Below are positions 56,324-64,000 of a stretch of 64,000 nt of DNA, in pieces; positions within the stretch are counted from its first letter, which is position 1, and each line of letters opens with the position of its first letter. The DNA is from Candidatus Mediterraneibacter quadrami (GTDB lineage: Bacteria; Bacillota; Clostridia; Lachnospirales; Lachnospiraceae). The stretch is taken from contig DWUU01000035.1 of NCBI GenBank assembly GCA_019120575.1, positions 11,877-75,876 of the forward strand, given 5' to 3'. The notes beneath the pieces are model-generated. The model searched no databases. It was not told where the DNA came from and saw only the letters and a program-made list of their open reading frames with translations. A program made the position numbers and the translations under genes.

Positions 56324-57022
56324 TTACAGTTTCAGATTCTTAAAGAGATCCCCGAGGCTTGTTCCGATGTCCTCGCTCTTCGGGATCACAACTTTCTCCA
56401 CCGGTTCTTCTTTTGTTTCTTCAAGCGCCTTCATGCTCAGGCTTACTTTTCCGTCTTTGATGCCGATCACTTTGACTTTGACCTCATCGCCGACGCTGAG
56501 TACGTCTGACGGTACTTTCACGCGCTTCTGGGAGATCTGGGATACATGAACGAGACCGGACAGGCCGTTCTCCAGCTTAACGAATGCGCCGTAGTTCTGG
56601 AGCGTCTCCACGGTTCCGTTCAGGACGGTTCCGACTTTCAGGTTTGCGATCTGTTCTTCGCGCGCTTTTCGCTCTTTCTCTTTCAGGATTTCCCGGGCGG
56701 ACAGTACAAGACGGTTGTTGGCCTGATCCACGTCGATAACCTGAACTTCGATGTCTTTCAGAAGATAGGTCTCAAGATCTTCGATATAGGTAAGGGAAAG
56801 CTTGGACGCCGGAACGAATCCTCTCAGCCCCTCTACCATGGCGATGACGCCGCCGTTTACAACACCCTCTACCTTAACAGGAAGAACCGTTTTGTTTTCC
56901 ATATATTCCGTGACTCTGTTCCAGGGATTGGCGTCGTCGAAGTGGTCTTCGTAGTCAGCCATGGTCTCAACAGCTTCTGTTTCCTGTAATTCTTCTCTCA
57001 TTTCTTCACTCATTGTAAGCAC
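56324..57022 (-). CDS. S1 RNA-binding domain protein (two S1 domains, RpsA-like)
   Basis: GLRGFVPASKL and NYGAFV.L..GLSGLVHVSQIS S1 motifs; C-terminal GTSLGDLFK. Confidence 0.9.
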   Translation of the reverse strand: MLTMSEEMREELQETEAVETMADYEDHFDDANPWNRVTEYMENKTVLPVKVEGVVNGGVIAMVEGLRGFVPASKLSLTYIEDLETYLLKDIEVQVIDVDQANNRLVLSAREILKEKERKAREEQIANLKVGTVLNGTVETLQNYGAFVKLENGLSGLVHVSQISQKRVKVPSDVLSVGDEVKVKVIGIKDGKVSLSMKALEETKEEPVEKVVIPKSEDIGTSLGDLFKNLKL

Positions 57023-57198
57023 CTCAACTTAAATTAATTTTCAGTGTTCTCAGTATATCATAAATGTTTTGGAAAAAAAAGCGCAAAAAGGCAAACAACA
57101 GGAGAAAAAGCGGGTTGACGAATGGAAGAAAAAATGGCAATCTAGTTATCAGGTGAAAATAATAACAGATCATATATACATATATAAAGGGTGATTTT

Positions 57199-58848
57199 AT
57201 GAATAAAGAAAAGAATAAAAAAGTTTATGTGGTGGGACATAAAAATCCGGATACGGACTCCATCTGCTCGGCGATAGCCTATGCAGATCTGAAGACAAAG
57301 ATCACAGGCATTCATCATGAACCGCGGAGGGCCGGACAGCTGAATGAAGAAACGCAGTATGTGCTGGGACATTTCGGGGTGAAGGTGCCCCGGCTTCTGT
57401 CGGACCTGAGGGAGCAGATCAAGGATGTGGAGCTCAAGGAGGTTGACGGGCTGAAAAGCAGCGTCTCCATCCGCACCGCATGGGAGAAGATGCAGGAGTC
57501 CAATATCCATACGCTTCCGGTTACCCGGGACGGGAAGCTGGAAGGCGTGATCACCATCGGCGATATCGCGAAAACCTATATGGAGGTTTACGACAGTACG
57601 ATCCTCTCCAAAGCGAGGGCGCAGTACCGCAATATCGCGAAAGCCGTGGACGGCGAAGTGCTTACGGGAAATGCATACAGCTATCTGCTGAACGGAAAGG
57701 TTGTGATCGCCGCGTCCAGCAGGATCCTGATGTCGGATTTTATCAACAAGGACGATCTGGTGATCATGGGCGACCGGAAAGACGCGCAGCAGTGCGCCAT
57801 TGATGTGGCGGCAAGCTGCATGGTCGTCTGTCAGAACGCGCCCATATCGGATCATATCCTGAAACAGGCGGAAGAGAAGCAGATCGTGATCATCCGGACA
57901 CCCCACGATACATTTACCGCGGCCCAGCATATCAACCAGAGCATCCCGGTGAAGTATTTTATGACAAAATCGAATCTGGTGACGTTTAAACTGAAGGATT
58001 ATGTGGATGACGTAAAAGACGTCATGGCGCGCAAACGGTTCCGGGATTTCCCCATCGTAGACAATAAGGGGAAATTCCTGGGTCTGATCTCCAGAAGACG
58101 TCTTCTGAACGTCCGGAAGAAACAGGTGATCCTGGTGGACCACAACGAGAAGAACCAGGCGGTCGAAGGCGTGGAAGAGGCGGAAGTACTGGAGATCATC
58201 GATCACCACAGACTGAGCAGCATCCAGACGATGGCGCCGGTCTTTTTCCGGAACCAGCCGGTGGGCTGTACGGCCACCATCGTGTATCAGATGTACCAGG
58301 AGGCCGGCGTGGTCCCGGATCCGGTCAATGCGGCGCTGCTCTGTTCGGCGATCATTTCCGATACGCTGATGTTCCGGTCGCCGACCTGTACGCCCCTTGA
58401 TGAAAATACAGCGAGAACGCTGGCACAGATCGCCGGGGTGAATGTGGAAGATCTGGCCCGGGAAATGTTCAATGCAGGCAGCAATCTGAAAGGAAAGAGC
58501 GCCGAGGAAATCTGCTTCCTTGATTTCAAACAGTTCACGGTCAATGACACCGTGTTCGGCGTGGGCCAGGTGAACTCCATGAGCGCGGACGAACTGAAAG
58601 AGATCCGCAGGATCGTGGGCCCGCATCTGGAAAAAGCGCGCACCGCCCACGGACTCAATATGATCTTCTTCATGCTGACCAATATCATCACAGAGTCCTC
58701 GGAACTTCTGTGCTGCGGACCTGAGGCCCGGGAGAAGATCCTGAGCGCCTATGACCTGCCGGAAGATACGGAGACAATCATGCTCAAAGGCGTGGTCTCG
58801 CGAAAGAAGCAGCTGGTGCCTACGCTGGTGGGCGCGCTGCAGCAGTAA
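57199..58848 (+). CDS. ppaC: family II Mn-dependent inorganic pyrophosphatase with CBS/DRTGG insert
   Basis: GHKNPDTDSI, CBS pair with DRTGG region (MGDRKD), LVDHNE, IIDHHR, SDTL.F.SPT, VSRKKQ. Confidence 0.95.
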   Translation: MNKEKNKKVYVVGHKNPDTDSICSAIAYADLKTKITGIHHEPRRAGQLNEETQYVLGHFGVKVPRLLSDLREQIKDVELKEVDGLKSSVSIRTAWEKMQESNIHTLPVTRDGKLEGVITIGDIAKTYMEVYDSTILSKARAQYRNIAKAVDGEVLTGNAYSYLLNGKVVIAASSRILMSDFINKDDLVIMGDRKDAQQCAIDVAASCMVVCQNAPISDHILKQAEEKQIVIIRTPHDTFTAAQHINQSIPVKYFMTKSNLVTFKLKDYVDDVKDVMARKRFRDFPIVDNKGKFLGLISRRRLLNVRKKQVILVDHNEKNQAVEGVEEAEVLEIIDHHRLSSIQTMAPVFFRNQPVGCTATIVYQMYQEAGVVPDPVNAALLCSAIISDTLMFRSPTCTPLDENTARTLAQIAGVNVEDLAREMFNAGSNLKGKSAEEICFLDFKQFTVNDTVFGVGQVNSMSADELKEIRRIVGPHLEKARTAHGLNMIFFMLTNIITESSELLCCGPEAREKILSAYDLPEDTETIMLKGVVSRKKQLVPTLVGALQQ

Positions 58849-58897
58849 AGGCGCGCGGCGTCAGGCTAAAATAAAGAAGGGGAGTGGATACAGAATT

Positions 58898-59497
58898 ATG
58901 GCAAAACAGATATGGAAACCGGGCAATATGCTCTATCCGCTGCCGGCGGTCATGGTGAGCACGGCCGATAAAGCGGGCAACAGCAATATCCTGACCATCG
59001 CCTGGACGGGAACTGTATGCACGAATCCGCCCATGGCCTATATCTCTGTCCGGCCGGAGCGGTATTCTTATCACATGATCAGAGAGAGCGGCGAGTTCGT
59101 GATCAACCTGACCACGAAGAAGCTGACCCGGGCGGCGGATTACTGCGGGGTGCGTTCGGGAAAAGACGTGGACAAATGGAAAGAATGCCATCTGACAAGA
59201 GGCGCGGCTTCCACGCTGAAATACGCGCCTGTCATCGAGGAATCGCCGGTGCAGATCGAGTGCAGGGTCAGAAATATTCAGGAGCTGGGCAGCCACCATA
59301 TGTTCCTGGCGGAAGTGACCGCCGTGCAGGTGGATGAGTCCTATATGGATGAAAAAGGGAAGTTCGACCTGAATAAAACCGGGCTGATCGCCTATTCCCA
59401 CGGAGAATATCTGGATCTGGGGAAGAAGCTCGGCACGTTCGGTTACAGCGTGCGGAAAAAGCCGGCAAAAGGAAAACGCCGGGGAAAACGTGGCTAA
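58898..59497 (+). CDS. flavin reductase-like (FMN-binding split barrel) protein
   Basis: LYPLPAVMVS, AW.G...PP...ISVRP.RYS, GEFVINL, CG..SG...DK, IECRV, GSHHMF. Confidence 0.9.
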   Translation: MAKQIWKPGNMLYPLPAVMVSTADKAGNSNILTIAWTGTVCTNPPMAYISVRPERYSYHMIRESGEFVINLTTKKLTRAADYCGVRSGKDVDKWKECHLTRGAASTLKYAPVIEESPVQIECRVRNIQELGSHHMFLAEVTAVQVDESYMDEKGKFDLNKTGLIAYSHGEYLDLGKKLGTFGYSVRKKPAKGKRRGKRG

Positions 59498-59586
59498 AAT
59501 AATCCGGAATAAAATAATCTGCAAAAAGACATACTATCCACAAAAATCCGGCATGTAAATGCCGTTCTGAAAGAAAGGGTGGATAG

Positions 59587-60885
<1,299 letters not shown>

Positions 60886-60923
60886 GACGGGAATCTGAAC
60901 GAAAGAAAAGAGAGGGAAATACG

Positions 60924-62303
60924 ATGAGAGGAGAGCCTGTGAGCAGTAATTCCATACATGACATGACAACCGGAAGTCCGGTGAAACTGATTATCCGTTT
61001 TATGATCCCGATGTGCCTGGGAAATATTTTCCAGCAGTTCTATAATATCGCCGATTCCATTGTCGCAGGACAGTTCATCGGCGTGGACGCGCTGGCCGCC
61101 ATCGGAAGCACCGGCTCGCTCATGTTTTTTGTGACCGGATGGCTCAACGGCCTGAGCAGTGGGTTTGCGATCCTGGTGTCCCAGTGGTTCGGGGCGAAGC
61201 AGTATGACCGGATGCGGCACTATGTGGCTATGTCCGTTTATCTGTCCGCTGCGTTCGCGATCCTGATGACGGCAGGCTTCCTGATCGCCAATGAACCGAT
61301 CCTGCGGCTGATGAATTATTCCGACAGCATCATGCCGGATGTAAAGCTTTATATGGGGATCATCTATGCCGGACTGATCGTGACGGCGGCCTATAATGCA
61401 CTGGCCGCATTCCTGCGTGCGCTTGGGGATTCCCGGTCGCCGCTTTATTTCCTGATCATTTCAGCGGTGATCAATGTGGTCCTGGATATTGCGTTTATTG
61501 TTGTGTTCGGGATGGGTGTGGAAGGCTGCGCCTATGCGACGGTGATCGCGCAGGGAATATCGGCGCTGCTCTGTTATATCTATATTCTGAAACGCTTTCC
61601 GATCCTGCATCTGAAGAAAGAGGATTTCAGGATCGACTTCAAAAGCTTCGGCCGCCTGCTGGCCCTGGGCATCCCGATGGGCCTGCAGTTCTCCATCACG
61701 GCCATCGGTACGATCATCGTCCAGGGCGCGGTCAACGTGTACGGCGAGATCTACATGGCCGGATTCTCGGCGGCCGGCAAGCTTCAGAACATGCTGATGA
61801 CAGTGTTCACCGCGTTCGGAGCGACCATCGCCACCTATGTGGGACAGAACCGGGGCGCCGGAAGGATCGACCGTGTGAAACAGGGCGTGCGGTGCACGCA
61901 GCTCATGATCTTCGGGTGGAGCGTTGTCACCATGTTCGTCATGTATTTCTTCGGGAAATATATGACCTGGCTCTTCATCAGTCCGTCTGAGACCGAAGTA
62001 ATAAATGCTTCGGTTACATATTTCCATACCGTATTCTGGTGTTATCCGTTCCTGGGCAGCATCTTCCTGTACCGGAATACGCTCCAGGGCATGGGTTACG
62101 GTCTGGTGCCCATGCTGGGCGGGATCTTCGAACTTGTAGCCAGAAGCGCGATCGTTCTGGTCGTGGCGGGGCATACCAGCTTCGCCGGCGTCTGCATGGC
62201 GGACCCGGCGGCCTGGATCGCGGCGCTGATCCCGCTTGTACCGTACTATTTCTACCGGATGCATAAATTTACAAAAGAGACGGCGGACATGCCGGCCGCC
62301 TGA
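60924..62303 (+). CDS. MATE family efflux transporter
   Basis: DMTTGSP.KLI..F..P...GNIFQQFYNIADS.VAG; LRALGDSRSPL. Confidence 0.95.
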   Translation: MRGEPVSSNSIHDMTTGSPVKLIIRFMIPMCLGNIFQQFYNIADSIVAGQFIGVDALAAIGSTGSLMFFVTGWLNGLSSGFAILVSQWFGAKQYDRMRHYVAMSVYLSAAFAILMTAGFLIANEPILRLMNYSDSIMPDVKLYMGIIYAGLIVTAAYNALAAFLRALGDSRSPLYFLIISAVINVVLDIAFIVVFGMGVEGCAYATVIAQGISALLCYIYILKRFPILHLKKEDFRIDFKSFGRLLALGIPMGLQFSITAIGTIIVQGAVNVYGEIYMAGFSAAGKLQNMLMTVFTAFGATIATYVGQNRGAGRIDRVKQGVRCTQLMIFGWSVVTMFVMYFFGKYMTWLFISPSETEVINASVTYFHTVFWCYPFLGSIFLYRNTLQGMGYGLVPMLGGIFELVARSAIVLVVAGHTSFAGVCMADPAAWIAALIPLVPYYFYRMHKFTKETADMPAA

Positions 62304-62305
62304 TC

Positions 62306-63154
62306 TTATTCGGGAACATTCACGCGGCTGTTGAACCGGTCAAGGGCCAGCGCAGCGGCAATGCCGGCTGCAATGCAGATGAGGTTGACAGCGGCTGCGG
62401 CCGGGTCAGCGAATCCGGCGAAGGGGATCGTCATAATGGTCGCAGCGATGACGATGCCGATAATGCCGTGGAAGGCGATGGAGTAGAAGTTGTCAAATAG
62501 CGCGTTGATCGCTTTTGCCAGGCAGATCACGGTGATGACGGCTCCGATCCCGCCGGGGATCAGGATGGACATATCAAAGTGTCCGATGCCGTCCACGAAC
62601 GGCGTGTAAAGGCCCAGCGGCATGAGCAGCGTGGAGAAACTCATACCAGGCGCGATGATGCTCAGCGCCAGGCAGAATCCGCAGAACAGGAACCAGAAAA
62701 AGTTCGCATTCACTTCTACGGAGAACAGCTGGAAGCCGATCAGCACCGCAAAGATCACGATCATGCACACGATCATAGAGATGAAAGAGCCTTTACTGCG
62801 CCCCTGTTCGCCGGCCTCCCGGAACAGGGAGGGCAGCATGCCCGTGATCAGTCCGATGAAGACGCATACGGACGGATCCGGATATTTCTCCAGGAAGAAG
62901 GAGAGGATGTTCGCCACCCCGAGGAATCCGATGACGCTCCCGATGAAGACCGGGATCAGCGGCGAAACGTGGCTCTTAAAGTTCTTAAACGGGTGGGACA
63001 GAAGTTCCATGATCGGCTTGTAGATGCCGAAGATCACCCCGAGCACGCCGCCGGAGATGCCGGGAAGCACGGCGCCCAGTCCGATGAGCGCTCCCTGGAA
63101 GATCCGGAAGACGAATTGCAGCGGGGTCATTTTTTGATCCAGATTATGATTCAT
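62306..63154 (-). CDS. DUF368 family membrane protein
   Basis: G.LIG.GAVLPGISGG....FGIY; second repeat IAPGMSFS.LL..LG.Y. Confidence 0.88.
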   Translation of the reverse strand: MNHNLDQKMTPLQFVFRIFQGALIGLGAVLPGISGGVLGVIFGIYKPIMELLSHPFKNFKSHVSPLIPVFIGSVIGFLGVANILSFFLEKYPDPSVCVFIGLITGMLPSLFREAGEQGRSKGSFISMIVCMIVIFAVLIGFQLFSVEVNANFFWFLFCGFCLALSIIAPGMSFSTLLMPLGLYTPFVDGIGHFDMSILIPGGIGAVITVICLAKAINALFDNFYSIAFHGIIGIVIAATIMTIPFAGFADPAAAAVNLICIAAGIAAALALDRFNSRVNVPE

Positions 63155-63378
63155 ATATTTCTTGGTCCTTTCATTTATCTGATTTTATTTCACAAACGTT
63201 ATATTTATACTATGTTTTGCACGGGTTATCAAGCATATGTGTAAATTTTTACTCTATCTTAACAACTCCGGCGTCCAACTGGCGTTTGCTTTTCTCTTGG
63301 AAATGGATTACAATAACAGGAGATGAGCGGCTCCCGCGAACGGAGCAAAATACGGTGATCATCAGGAGGTATAGGACT

Positions 63379-64000
63379 ATGAAAAAACCGGTTCTTGTCA
63401 TTATGGCGGCAGGTATGGGAAGCAGATACGGCGGTCTCAAGCAGATCGATCCGGTCGACAACGAAGGACACATTATCATGGATTTCTCAATTTTCGACGC
63501 AAAGCGCGCCGGATTTGAGAAGGTTGTGTTCATTATTAAAAAGGAAAATGAAGCGGATTTCCGGGAGGCCATCGGAAACCGTCTCGAGAAATATATGGAA
63601 GTTGCCTACGCATACCAGGATATCAACAATATCCCGGAAGGATACAGCGTTCCGGACGGACGGACAAAGCCGTGGGGAACCGCCCACGCCGTGCTGAGCG
63701 CCATTGACGTGGTGGACGGCCCCTTCGCCGTGATCAATGCGGATGATTATTATGGAAGCCACGCGTTCCAGGTGATCTATGATTATCTTACGACTCATGA
63801 GGACGATGACAGATACCGCTATACGATGGTGGGCTACCGTCTGAAGAATACGGTTACGGACAACGGCTATGTATCCAGAGGCATCTGCGAGCTGAACAGC
63901 GACAGGGAGCTGGTCAGCGTGACGGAGCGCACGCGGATCGAGAAGAAAGAAGACGGCATCGCCTATTCCGAGGACGGCGGCGAGACCTGGACCTATGTGG
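63379..64000 (+). CDS. sugar-phosphate nucleotidyltransferase (3'-truncated by window edge; absent from the ORF track)
   Basis: MKKPVLVIMAAGMGSRYGGLKQ, RTKPWGTAHA, VINADDYYG; open to base 64000. RBS aggagg. Confidence 0.9.
   Translation, partial: MKKPVLVIMAAGMGSRYGGLKQIDPVDNEGHIIMDFSIFDAKRAGFEKVVFIIKKENEADFREAIGNRLEKYMEVAYAYQDINNIPEGYSVPDGRTKPWGTAHAVLSAIDVVDGPFAVINADDYYGSHAFQVIYDYLTTHEDDDRYRYTMVGYRLKNTVTDNGYVSRGICELNSDRELVSVTERTRIEKKEDGIAYSEDGGETWTYV

Overview
A 64-kb chromosomal window from a GC-rich gut Clostridia bacterium (Lachnospiraceae-like, inferred from gene content and codon style). Most of it is housekeeping: three MATE exporters, ABC-F, ppk1, galM, topB, ldh, feoAB with a divergent DtxR/MntR regulator, class II RNR (nrdJ), an SOS-boxed Y-family polymerase plus YolD, CBS-domain pyrophosphatase and enolase. 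There are two accessory blocks. (1) A small, more AT-rich islet at about 5.5-8.5 kb next to tRNA-Ser(CGA) holds a truncated surface-protein gene behind a structured leader, an orphan Spo0A C-terminal-domain regulator and an AAA_14/DUF4143-type ATPase. (2) A 21.5-kb module at 22.8-44.2 kb is the most interesting part. A tyrosine recombinase has its stop codon inside a dif-like site. A second, inverted copy of that site lies about 190 bp downstream. Between them is a sigmaA promoter (TTGACA-17-TAAGAT) that currently points away from the downstream genes. Those genes are a Zn-ribbon/AP2-domain protein and a 6552-aa sortase-type adhesin with about 19 isopeptide-type repeats. This reads as an invertible-promoter phase switch, captured OFF, controlling a giant adhesin with an AP2 protein of unknown role at the head of the transcript. 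All family assignments come from motif recognition by eye; no database searches were run.
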